Of a stretch of DNA of 64,000 nucleotides, positions 55,564 through 64,000 are shown piece after piece. This DNA comes from Spirochaetia bacterium (GTDB lineage: Bacteria; Spirochaetota; Spirochaetia; UBA9216). The first letter of the stretch is position 1. Each line of letters opens with the position of its first letter. The DNA is taken from assembly GCA_965140585.1 (NCBI GenBank), contig OZ223272.1:320001-384000 (forward strand), written 5' to 3'. A model generated the notes under the pieces. It was not told where the DNA came from and searched no databases. It was given only the letters and a program-made list of their open reading frames with translations. A program made the position numbers and the translations under genes.

Positions 55564-55971
55564 TCAATTCTTTGCGGCAATCAATGTTTCGGCAATTGTC
55601 AGCAGAATTACCTTGCGGCTGTAAGTGGCGCCGGAGACTGCATCAATATCAAGTCCCTGTTTTTCCAGAACCATAGCAGGTACAGCATCGGCAGCGCCGC
55701 CCTGCCCGTTCCGGTGCTTGAGCAGCTTAATATCTGTAACCCTGCCGCTTTCTGCCACAGCCTCAATCTCAACAACTATGGGAAATGCGTTTTTGCTTCC
55801 ATGATAGGTGCCGTCGGGTATCTGTGAAAAATCAACTTCAGGAACCTCCTGTACAACCAGATACTCAAGGTTCTTTTCCATTGAACTTATTATCACTCTT
55901 CCCGTAATGACTGCAGCCAGCACAATTACTATTATGACTGCCGGAATTATAATAATCCTTTTCTTCATCAT
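55564..55971 (-). CDS. Membrane-anchored FMN-binding domain protein
   Basis: N-terminal TM, DGTYHG, flavinylation motif DAVSGATYS. Confidence 0.88.
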   Translation of the reverse strand: MMKKRIIIIPAVIIVIVLAAVITGRVIISSMEKNLEYLVVQEVPEVDFSQIPDGTYHGSKNAFPIVVEIEAVAESGRVTDIKLLKHRNGQGGAADAVPAMVLEKQGLDIDAVSGATYSRKVILLTIAETLIAAKN

Positions 55972-56918
55972 TTATCTCCTGAAATTCTGCTCTGAAGCCA
56001 GTCTGCAATAGCCGCCTCAGCCATTATTACCGTCATTTTACCATGAGGTCCGTCGGTTACAGTCAAAAATGTTTTATCAGGGCATTTCCACCTGTTGAAT
56101 ATTTCCATACAGCTGCTCTTTTCAATTATACTGTCCGCGCTTCCGTATACAAGCAGGAGCGGCAGATCAATATCCTCAGCACGCTCCGCCATTGTGTCCA
56201 TCATCTTTTTTGACTGCAGCATCATATACATACTGAAATATTTCACGAGCAGCGGATCTTCAGAGCGTTCAACTGCTTCGCGGCGCTCCTCCGGGTTTTC
56301 AATAAGCGAGGGGTCTCCGGCCATGTTTACAACAGGTTTATGCGGCGCAAAAATCATATAAGAGGCATACTTTATATATTCAAAAAAAGACGGGGTCATA
56401 CCCTTTGAGGCTTTCATCCTCAGAGGCGGATTTACAAGAATTATGCCGCTTACCTGCGGCAGTCTCTGAGCAAGGAGCATGGCAACAGCACAGGACATGC
56501 TGTGACCATAGAAAAAAGCACGGTGACCGGGGGGCTGATGCCCAAGATCCGCAGCAACAGTCTCGGTATAATCGTCTATAAAAACATCAAAATTCCTGAG
56601 AGAACCTCTTGCGCCTTCTGAATATCCGGTACCGGTTGGATGGATAACAACAACACGGTATACACCGCCGCTTAAAAGCATGATGACATCCATTTCAGAA
56701 TTATGATTTATTCCGGTTATCCCGGAGAGGATATAAACAGTTGCGCAGGCAGTCCCGGATGGAAGATATTCATAACTGTAAATGAGATTTCCGCTGGATG
56801 CGGTATAAAAACTACCTCCGTCCTCAGGCGGAAACTCAGGAGTTCCGGAAGAAGGAATTCCGCTGCATGCGCACATAATCAATATCCCTGTTAGAATGAA
56901 ATAATACCTTGTTTTCAT
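55968..56918 (-). CDS. Alpha/beta hydrolase lipoprotein
   Basis: Lipobox-like MCACS, GTGYSEGARG, GHSMS nucleophile, YGSADS, GPH. Confidence 0.85.
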   Translation of the reverse strand: MKTRYYFILTGILIMCACSGIPSSGTPEFPPEDGGSFYTASSGNLIYSYEYLPSGTACATVYILSGITGINHNSEMDVIMLLSGGVYRVVVIHPTGTGYSEGARGSLRNFDVFIDDYTETVAADLGHQPPGHRAFFYGHSMSCAVAMLLAQRLPQVSGIILVNPPLRMKASKGMTPSFFEYIKYASYMIFAPHKPVVNMAGDPSLIENPEERREAVERSEDPLLVKYFSMYMMLQSKKMMDTMAERAEDIDLPLLLVYGSADSIIEKSSCMEIFNRWKCPDKTFLTVTDGPHGKMTVIMAEAAIADWLQSRISGDK

Positions 56919-56992
56919 AAAAAAAGCGGACTTTCATATCAAGCCCGCTGTTTAAACACATCAGCCATAAGATACTGTCACTGCTGTATGAT

Positions 56993-57280
56993 TTATTCAA
57001 TAAAGTCGATGCTGGCCTTATCCTGAAGAAGAGGTACAACCCTTGCAAGTACGCCCTGGTGGTAGGGATGTTTCTGGTATTCTTCAAGTTTCGCGTAATT
57101 CTCGTGGCTTGTCATTAGAACAAAGTCTCTGCTGGAATAGGGAGAATCTACTGTCTCGCCTACTATGACATCAAGTACAGCCGGAATATTCCCCTTCATT
57201 CCAAGGAAGGTTTCCTTCAGGATCCCGATATTCTCAGCCTTCGGTTCTTTTACATTCCATACGACAACGTGTTTTAACAT
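56993..57280 (-). CDS. Dabb-family stress-responsive alpha/beta barrel protein
   Basis: MLKHVVVW, YQKHPYH, ASIDF. Confidence 0.88.
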   Translation of the reverse strand: MLKHVVVWNVKEPKAENIGILKETFLGMKGNIPAVLDVIVGETVDSPYSSRDFVLMTSHENYAKLEEYQKHPYHQGVLARVVPLLQDKASIDFIE

Positions 57281-57419
57281 AATTCCCGCCTTAGTTAACT
57301 GCTATATTTATAAGTCTAATTCTGCGTCTTATATGACTTTATTGTAAAGACCTAACCCTTCAGTGTTCTGACAAAATCGGACATTTTTCAGCATTTCGGT
57401 TAATCCGTCTTAAGAAATC

Positions 57420-58184
57420 CTAATTTGAAAGTAATTTCAATTCCAGATAATTGCTTATGTAGGCAAGATAATCCATACCGGCGGTCAGCATTGAGGGGTG
57501 CTGGCAGTTTCTGAACATCTTTACATCACAGAGAGGGATTTTCTCTTTCAAACCTAGATAAATATCCCTTAAATTCGGGAGGTATTCATCTTCCACAGAA
57601 CCGGTAAACAAAACGGGTATTGAAAGCTGGGAAAGGTCTTTATGAAAAAAGCGGCGCAGGTTGCGGTGATGCTCGAGCGTTACAGCAGTATCATTTGTGA
57701 TGACATTGTTCCAGTTTTTTCCGTGCATAAGAAACCAGAAGAACCTGTTAAGAAGATTTCTTCTTGCTGTCAGCCTCTCATTTTCAAGGTTTTCTACATA
57801 AGCGTCCAGCGAAACTTCACCTTCAAAAGAATCAGCTATTACGCAGCTTATTGTATCCGGATGCTCAAGCGCAAGATTCAGTGCAATCAGAGCCCCTCCG
57901 CTGTAGCCGGATACAATCACCTTCTGAAGTTCAAGCTGAAGAATCAGATTATAAAGCGCCCTTGAGTTTTCAAACCAGAAATCTACCGGCCAGTTCTCCA
58001 GTTTTTCAGAACGTCCGTGTCCCGGAAGATCCGGTGAAATTACCCTGAAATTTTCCGAAAGTTTTTTAATAATCGGGCTGTGCATGCGTGAAGAAACAGA
58101 ATTTCCGTGAATAATCAGCAGCGGAGGTCCGTTGCCGCACTCGGAATAATAGACTTTCTTATTATGATATGTAAAAAATGCCAA
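57420..58184 (-). CDS. Alpha/beta hydrolase
   Basis: IIHGN, DLPGHGRS, GYSGG, QHP. TTG start after GAGG. Confidence 0.88.
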   Translation of the reverse strand: MAFFTYHNKKVYYSECGNGPPLLIIHGNSVSSRMHSPIIKKLSENFRVISPDLPGHGRSEKLENWPVDFWFENSRALYNLILQLELQKVIVSGYSGGALIALNLALEHPDTISCVIADSFEGEVSLDAYVENLENERLTARRNLLNRFFWFLMHGKNWNNVITNDTAVTLEHHRNLRRFFHKDLSQLSIPVLFTGSVEDEYLPNLRDIYLGLKEKIPLCDVKMFRNCQHPSMLTAGMDYLAYISNYLELKLLSN

Positions 58185-58264
58185 TCGATGTTTCCTCTTT
58201 TTTACATGAGTACGTCAGGTTGTAAATTATCGCCATTCTACCACATGATAATATCAGAGAGCAA

Positions 58265-59860
58265 CTAATCTCTGTTTTCATCTCCGGAATACAGACGGCT
58301 GCAGTTTTTTCCGGAAGCTTTGGCATCATAAAGGGCTGTATCGGCATGTGTATATGCTTCATCAAAGGTCGGTTCACAGGCGCCGTCCACAACAACACCG
58401 CCGAGTGAAATGGTTACAACGCTGTTTTTTTCACGGGGATGAGTTATACCCAGGCCGGCTACCGAATGTCTAATCATCTCCATTATTTCCATCAGCTGGG
58501 CATCAGTTTCAGAGAGGACAATTACCGCGAATTCCTCACCGCCTACCCTGAATACCTTATCAGTATTACGCTGCATGACAGACCGCACTGACTGGGATAT
58601 TTCCCTGAGGACCCGGTCGCCCTCCTGATGTCCATTCATATCATTAAGAAACTTAAACCAGTCAACATCAAAGAAAATCAGGGCAAATTTAGTCTGCTTA
58701 CGTTCCGCCCGGGAGAGCTCTTCATTCAGAACCTGATCAAAAACCCTGCGGTTCCATAAACCGGTAAGGGGGTCTTCGGTCGACAGAGTCTCAACTCTCC
58801 GGTATGCATGGAACAGTTGATTCAGAATTACAATACTGATAATCAGAAAGGCCGCAATCAAAAGAAAGGGCAAAGATTTAAGAAAGGCCTGCAGAATCAT
58901 TTCGCTTTTTGAAGCATAAACTGCCAGAAACCAGTCCGGATCTTCGAGTTTGGTATAGGACAGGAAAGTACTATCCTGCTCGTATGAGAACTTCGATTCA
59001 TCCAAAGCAGTAAAATCGGGAACAAAAGGCGGCTCATCCTCTTTAACTATAAGCGTGCCGTCTGAAGCAAAGAGAAAAACCTTTGAATGGGGTACATGAT
59101 AGCGGTTTATCAGCCAGTTAAGCCTGCTGACGCTGATATCAAGACTGATCGCGCCCATATATCTATCGCCTGCATAAACGGGTGTACTGAGAGTAACCAT
59201 ATAACCCTTTCCTGCTTCATCTAGATAGAGAGGCGTCCACACTACTCTTCGTTCGGGATTCTGTTCCGGCCTTGCATAAGTTACAAAATCCATATTCTGT
59301 ATCTTTTCTGAATAGAAAAAATCATCCGTTCCGACTCTCGGAAATAGATACATAAAACCGTTTTCTGAGGTGTAGTATATCCATGGAGTTTCAGGATCCC
59401 GCTCAATCACAGTCCTGAATATAGAGGTCAGCGACAAAGCCATATCCATTTCCGCAATTATGTCCGGATCGGTTATTTTTGAAACATCGAGACCTGTAAT
59501 ATTGCCTATTGTTTTTGAATTGTAGCCTGGAGGAATATCAAGGGTGAAGCCGTTCTTTCCATCAACAGGCCTCAGGAAAGGCCTGAGATCAGCTGACAGC
59601 TGCTGCTTACCGCTAAGGTAATCTTCGGCCATCCGCCTGAGAGCTTTTATAGTATGGGTACGGATACTGAACTCATGCTCAAATAAAAGTGACAGCCTTT
59701 CAGTATCTTCAAGAACAATCCACTTCTGGCGATCATATTCAGTATAAAAGGAATTGGCAGCAGCAATTACAGAAACCAGTATTGCAATACAGGCTGTTAC
59801 CAGTATCAATAGAATTTTCGGCCGTCCCTGCTTCTGTCGCATTTCGGAAACATTATCCAT
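58265..59860 (-). CDS. Diguanylate cyclase with periplasmic Cache sensor domain
   Basis: Two TMs, WTPLYLD..G.G.MVT, DPLTGLWNRR, DVDWFK, RVGGEEF. Confidence 0.92.
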   Translation of the reverse strand: MDNVSEMRQKQGRPKILLILVTACIAILVSVIAAANSFYTEYDRQKWIVLEDTERLSLLFEHEFSIRTHTIKALRRMAEDYLSGKQQLSADLRPFLRPVDGKNGFTLDIPPGYNSKTIGNITGLDVSKITDPDIIAEMDMALSLTSIFRTVIERDPETPWIYYTSENGFMYLFPRVGTDDFFYSEKIQNMDFVTYARPEQNPERRVVWTPLYLDEAGKGYMVTLSTPVYAGDRYMGAISLDISVSRLNWLINRYHVPHSKVFLFASDGTLIVKEDEPPFVPDFTALDESKFSYEQDSTFLSYTKLEDPDWFLAVYASKSEMILQAFLKSLPFLLIAAFLIISIVILNQLFHAYRRVETLSTEDPLTGLWNRRVFDQVLNEELSRAERKQTKFALIFFDVDWFKFLNDMNGHQEGDRVLREISQSVRSVMQRNTDKVFRVGGEEFAVIVLSETDAQLMEIMEMIRHSVAGLGITHPREKNSVVTISLGGVVVDGACEPTFDEAYTHADTALYDAKASGKNCSRLYSGDENRD

Positions 59861-59913
59861 ATCTATAAGTATAATGATAAAAGATAAAAATCATAAGAAA
59901 TAATAATTTAAAG

Positions 59914-59944
59914 TTGACTATAACGTAAGGTGATAGTTTATTAT
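59914..59944 (+). promoter_or_regulatory. MerR-type promoter with 19-bp spacer and dyad
   Basis: TTGACT-N19-TATTAT with the ACTAT...ATAGT dyad overlapping -35 and spacer, directly upstream of the MerR gene. Confidence 0.75.
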
Positions 59945-59962
59945 TTTTTCAGGAGCAGAAGA

Positions 59963-60736
59963 ATGAGTCTAAAAACCAAAGAAGCAGCTGTAATATCCGG
60001 AGTAAGCATACGGACACTTCATCATTATGATTATACAGGACTTCTGAAACCCTCGGGCCACACCGAAAAGGGATACAGACTTTATTCAGATTCTGATTTA
60101 GCTAGACTGCAGCAGATTCTGTTTTTCAGGGAACTTGATTTTCCACTGTCCGAGATTGGAGAAATACTCAACTCTGACGGTTCGAAGAGAATGGAAATAC
60201 TGAAAATGCAGAAACAGCTCCTTGAAATGAAGATGAATAGGCTGGCCGGCATCATCAGAAATATTGAGCAGACAATATCACTTGAATCAGAGGGAGAAAC
60301 TATGAACAGCAAAGACAGATTTGAGTCTTTCAGTATGAAAGAAATTGAAGAGCACCGAAGAAAATACACCGACGAAGTAAAAGAAAAATACGGCAGCACT
60401 GATGCATACCTGCAGAGCAGTATGAAAACAACCGGATATTCTGAAAAAGACTGGAAAGATATTATGACAAGAGGAAATACTATACTCAGAGAAATGAGTG
60501 AACTGATGAATCTGGACCCTGATGATGCTGATGTTCAGGCAGCAGTAAAGAAATGGCAGCAGCACATCACAGACAGCTATTATAACTGCAGCATTGAGAT
60601 TCTAAGAGGACTTGGGAAAATGTACATCGTGGATGAAAGATTTAAAAAGAATATCGATAAAACTGCAGAGGGTCTGGCAGATTTTATGAGCAGGGCCATA
60701 AAAGTGTACTGCTCAGATAATAAACAGAAGGTCTGA
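59963..60736 (+). CDS. MerR-family regulator with TipAS domain (Mta/TipA-like)
   Basis: GVSIRTLHHYD, GYRLYS, LQQILFFRELDF, GLGKMYIVDERF. Confidence 0.92.
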   Translation: MSLKTKEAAVISGVSIRTLHHYDYTGLLKPSGHTEKGYRLYSDSDLARLQQILFFRELDFPLSEIGEILNSDGSKRMEILKMQKQLLEMKMNRLAGIIRNIEQTISLESEGETMNSKDRFESFSMKEIEEHRRKYTDEVKEKYGSTDAYLQSSMKTTGYSEKDWKDIMTRGNTILREMSELMNLDPDDADVQAAVKKWQQHITDSYYNCSIEILRGLGKMYIVDERFKKNIDKTAEGLADFMSRAIKVYCSDNKQKV

Positions 60737-60767
60737 GAATCTTTTCTTCAGTACCGAATTTGGGCTG

Positions 60768-61556
60768 TCAGCAGGGAACGGGCCGACAGCCGGCTTCCTG
60801 CTCTTTTCTTATCTGCATGATATCGTAGCTTGTAATTCTGTTCTTACCCTTTGATTTTGCGTCATAGAGGGCGTCATCAGCCTGATTGCAAAGCTCTTCA
60901 AACCCGGAATTATTTGATTCCGACAGCACAGTAATACCGATACTGATGGTAAATCTTATTTCCATTGCTCTGTATTCGATGATTTTACGGTGACTTATAA
61001 CCCGCAGTTCTTCAGCTATCTTAAATGCTCCCTTAAGGTCTGTCTCATCAAGCAGCAGGACAAACTCTTCACCGCCGACTCTTCCTGCTACATCGCTCTT
61101 TCGCAGACGCTGGTAGAGCAGCTCTCCGAATTCCTGCAGAACAAGATCTCCTGCAGCATGCCCGAAATTGTCGTTAATCTTTTTAAAATCATCAATATCA
61201 ATATAGACTACAGCCAGCTTTCTGAGATTCCTGGACGCGGAATTGTAAAGACTTTCAGCAACCCTCAAAAAAGCGCCCCGGTTATACAGACCTGTTAGTG
61301 AATCATACGTGGCAAGGTATCCCAGCTCCTCTTTAAGCCGGTTAATCTTCTGAAGCAAACCTATTGTAAACCACATGCTTATTGATGACAGAATTCCCGG
61401 AATCAAAATAGCCAGAGCCATACCGTAGAATGTGAGTTCATGACCAATGATAACTGAAACTGATGCCCAGATAAGAAGAGAAGCAGACATTGCTGTAGTT
61501 GAAATTATTCCTACGGCGACTTGCCGTTTTAGAGCAATTAATTTTTCTCCCAGCAT
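60768..61556 (-). CDS. Membrane-anchored diguanylate cyclase
   Basis: Two TMs, DSLTGLYNR, DIDDFK, RKSD I-site, RVGGEEF. Confidence 0.92.
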   Translation of the reverse strand: MLGEKLIALKRQVAVGIISTTAMSASLLIWASVSVIIGHELTFYGMALAILIPGILSSISMWFTIGLLQKINRLKEELGYLATYDSLTGLYNRGAFLRVAESLYNSASRNLRKLAVVYIDIDDFKKINDNFGHAAGDLVLQEFGELLYQRLRKSDVAGRVGGEEFVLLLDETDLKGAFKIAEELRVISHRKIIEYRAMEIRFTISIGITVLSESNNSGFEELCNQADDALYDAKSKGKNRITSYDIMQIRKEQEAGCRPVPC

Positions 61557-61613
61557 AGTTCCCCCCGGGACAGAATACTATGAATATTCCCCGGGGTCAA
61601 TTTGTATGAAAAC

Positions 61614-61949
61614 TCAAACCGTCAAAAGTTTCTTATTATCCTTTAAAATTCCGGTCAACGGCTGTCCCCAGTAGATAACCTCGACACCAAGGCCTTCAAG
61701 AATCTCTGTCACCCCAAGCTGGTCCGCGCAGGAACGGCAGGCCGACACGTGCACACCACCCTCTATCAGAAGCTTTATCTGCTCCTGTACGGCTGCTGAT
61801 TCAGATGTCAGCTTTGCCGTACTTCCCCAGATAATAATTGTAACCTTATCCCACCAGCCCTTGAGCAGTGCGTTTTTTGAATACATGCAGACCATTTTTT
61901 CAAATGCAAGTTCATCGGCATTCGTCCACAGAATAAATAATTCATCCAT
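61614..61949 (-). CDS. DsrE-family protein
   Basis: ILWTNAD, IIWG, SACRSCAD. Confidence 0.85.
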   Translation of the reverse strand: MDELFILWTNADELAFEKMVCMYSKNALLKGWWDKVTIIIWGSTAKLTSESAAVQEQIKLLIEGGVHVSACRSCADQLGVTEILEGLGVEVIYWGQPLTGILKDNKKLLTV

Positions 61950-62418
61950 GATTATTCTTACTCCTTTTATTCATTGATTTTTCGTAGATATAAATCCATT
62001 GTTCAACTGTGACTTTTGCACACAATTCTTCGATAAGTTTAAAAGGGATTTCATCAGGATATTTAAAACGTATACAGCTCTTCCCCATATTTATTTTGTG
62101 TCTGTAGCCGAGAGATTCGTATTCTCCGGTAAACCAGTCAAAAAGCTCTTTATCTGCATAAATTCCTGAATGATACAGGGCGAAGTAGCTGCTCTGAGCT
62201 GCAAGGTTGATGAACGGCAGGGGAAGCTCTCTACCGGTGTGATATCCCTTCGGATAGAGGGAAAGAGGAACAACCCAGCCTATCATTTTATATGACAGGC
62301 ATTCTTCGAATCCGGAAGGAATACCACGCCTAACAGCATCAGCTATCTGTATAAGCATGCTCCTTCGAGGTTCGGGGAAGCTTTCAATATATTCACTGAC
62401 TGTCTTAATTTCAGCCAA
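61942..62418 (-). CDS. DUF1801 (YdhG-like) protein
   Basis: TVSEYI, YPKGYH, LPFINLAAQ, MGKSCIRFK. Confidence 0.85.
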   Translation of the reverse strand: MAEIKTVSEYIESFPEPRRSMLIQIADAVRRGIPSGFEECLSYKMIGWVVPLSLYPKGYHTGRELPLPFINLAAQSSYFALYHSGIYADKELFDWFTGEYESLGYRHKINMGKSCIRFKYPDEIPFKLIEELCAKVTVEQWIYIYEKSMNKRSKNNHG

Positions 62419-62466
62419 AGGATACTCCCGTTAAAAATTACCTATCATCAAATATAATATACATTA

Positions 62467-63558
62467 TCATTCCGGTAAACTTTTTGTTTTGACATATTCG
62501 ATATAATCTCCTGATTTAATTCGCTCGAGACATGAAACATCGCGGTTATAAATATAAATCCAGCAGAAATATTTCCGCCCGCTGTCGGAGAGGGCTGTAA
62601 TGGTTTTACGCAGATACTCCTTTGGATGTGGAAAATTATCGGTTATTTCCTCATATTCATCAAGAAATCCGAGAACTTCAGGATTAGTGCCGATATGGTA
62701 GATGTCTCCCCGGACTTTTTCTTCAGGATTAAAAGACTCAGTCATGGCGGGAAAAACCTTCACATTGTACAGCCGCCCGCAAACGGAGGCAGATCCTTCA
62801 TATTCAGACAGACCTTCAAGAATTGTATTTTTGTCAAAGCCCGGATACTTTCTCAGGGTTCCGTATACAAATACATATTCGGGATTTTTGTCAGCCGACA
62901 GAGTCTCACCCTTTACCAGCCAGGAGAAACCGAATGCAGCCAGAGCTGTGGTTTCAAGCCAGAATATCGGCCTGAACCGGGCGATTTTATCGAATACATA
63001 TGCAGGCAGAAGGTTGCAGACTGCGAGCAGCAGAAGCGACACAAAAATAAAAATTCCGCATGTACGGTAAATTCTGTTTCTGTTCAGTTTTGCTTTTAGA
63101 AGAGGCGCTTTCTGATTCGTTTTCACAAACAGAAAAAAGGAAATAATTGATAGAAGCAGAAAAAATACTGCCGCTGAGGTGAAATGCACTGCGGTAACGG
63201 CTGCAGGTGAAAGAAAACTGAAAAGATAGTTCACTTTGATACTGCTCTCATTCATTGCCGGAAAGACAGCAATAAGAAAAGCAGCGAACCCCGCAATTGA
63301 GCTTATTATATTATCAGCTTCGGAATATCCCTTATAGGTGATAAGAAATACCGAGAAGCTGCAGAGCACAGCAACAAGCAGGTCTCCCGAATTGGAAAAA
63401 TAGTAACTGCTTATTGAAGGACCCAGAGAGTAGACTCCTGACATCAGAGTGGACAGATACAGCATAAGCGGAAGCCCCATCCCGAGAATACCCAGTATCC
63501 TTCTAAGTGTCTTATAGGAAATAAGCATATTAGCATCGTTTTTTACATTCACAGACAT
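62467..63558 (-). CDS. Fusion of a multi-TM membrane domain and a gamma-glutamylcyclotransferase (GGCT/AIG2-like) domain
   Basis: N-terminal ~220 aa with about 6 TMs (SISSYY, FLITYKGY, SWLVKG). C-terminal VFVYGTLRK, GRLY, LDEYE, YLR, WIYIY. Confidence 0.8.
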   Translation of the reverse strand: MSVNVKNDANMLISYKTLRRILGILGMGLPLMLYLSTLMSGVYSLGPSISSYYFSNSGDLLVAVLCSFSVFLITYKGYSEADNIISSIAGFAAFLIAVFPAMNESSIKVNYLFSFLSPAAVTAVHFTSAAVFFLLLSIISFFLFVKTNQKAPLLKAKLNRNRIYRTCGIFIFVSLLLLAVCNLLPAYVFDKIARFRPIFWLETTALAAFGFSWLVKGETLSADKNPEYVFVYGTLRKYPGFDKNTILEGLSEYEGSASVCGRLYNVKVFPAMTESFNPEEKVRGDIYHIGTNPEVLGFLDEYEEITDNFPHPKEYLRKTITALSDSGRKYFCWIYIYNRDVSCLERIKSGDYIEYVKTKSLPE

Positions 63559-63619
63559 TCACCCTGCCCCGTTTTTCTGTCAGTATAATACAGAAGATAT
63601 TTTTGAAAAAGGATACGCC

Positions 63620-64000
63620 ATGAGCAGCTATGAATATATTGTAAGCGCCTGTCTTGCAGGAATTAATTGCCGGTACGACGGAAGAAACACTCTCGATCCC
63701 GATGCGGCAAAACTGGTTGCTGAGGGGCGGGCATTACCGGTCTGCCCCGAACTTCTCGGAGGACTCCCCGCTCCTCGTGAATCATCGGAGATAGTTAGAA
63801 CACCCGAAGGAAGCAAAAAAGTTATGACGGCTTCCGGAGAAGATGTATCGGAAGCATTTATAAAGGGAGCGAGAGCAACCCTCGAAATATGCAGAACCTG
63901 CGGTATAACAAAGGCAATCCTGCAGCAGCGCAGCCCTTCCTGCGGATGCGGGACTGTTTACGACGGAAGCTTCAGCGGAAAAACAATTGAAGGAATGGGA
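63620..64000 (+). CDS. DUF523 / 2-thiouracil desulfurase (TudS)-family protein; runs off the window end
   Basis: Not in the ORF track. Manual translation: MSSYEYIVSACLAGINCRYDG...PVCPELLGGLPAPR...RSPSCG. Confidence 0.9.
   Translation, partial: MSSYEYIVSACLAGINCRYDGRNTLDPDAAKLVAEGRALPVCPELLGGLPAPRESSEIVRTPEGSKKVMTASGEDVSEAFIKGARATLEICRTCGITKAILQQRSPSCGCGTVYDGSFSGKTIEGMG

Noticed and set aside
58185-61613. c-di-GMP riboswitch near the two diguanylate cyclases
   Set aside because: No GEMM-like consensus seen; the hairpin at 61561-61596 is better explained as a terminator or stabiliser after dsrE.

Overview
This window looks like a chromosome segment from a free-living spirochaete. The 16S carries Spirochaetota-type signatures, and three solute-binding proteins have '(F/Y)AGGxQ' signal ends. 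The left ~27.6 kb is an accessory catabolic region ending at the 3' side of a tRNA-Leu(GAG). It holds two DHDPS-family paralogs, an AraC regulator, a glycyl-radical enzyme pseudogene, a peptide ABC transporter with a C69 peptidase, OsmC, a missed 48-aa ORF, an atypical Old Yellow Enzyme with a Zn-ADH, a sugar-sensing system with a GguAB/ChvE-like transporter, and MmgE/PrpD and hydrolase remnants. The middle contains a K+-dependent membrane pyrophosphatase cluster and a complete minus-strand rRNA operon (16S-tRNA-Ile-23S-5S). The right part contains an L-arabinose regulon (araD, sensor trio, YtfQRT/YjfF-like ABC, araA, LacI, araB) with three matching operators, followed by hydrolases, two diguanylate cyclases, MerR/TipAS, DsrE, DUF1801, a membrane-GGCT fusion and a partial DUF523 gene. 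The most unusual signal is non-coding. The 3' ends of both tRNA-Leu and 5S rRNA are duplicated ~200 bp downstream, and both copies are interrupted by related GGAG-footed UUCG hairpins. Similar hairpins sit inside the predicted rRNA processing stems, suggesting a tiny palindromic insertion family concentrated at stable-RNA loci. No integrase, transposase or CRISPR array was seen. All calls come from reading the sequence by eye, without database searches.
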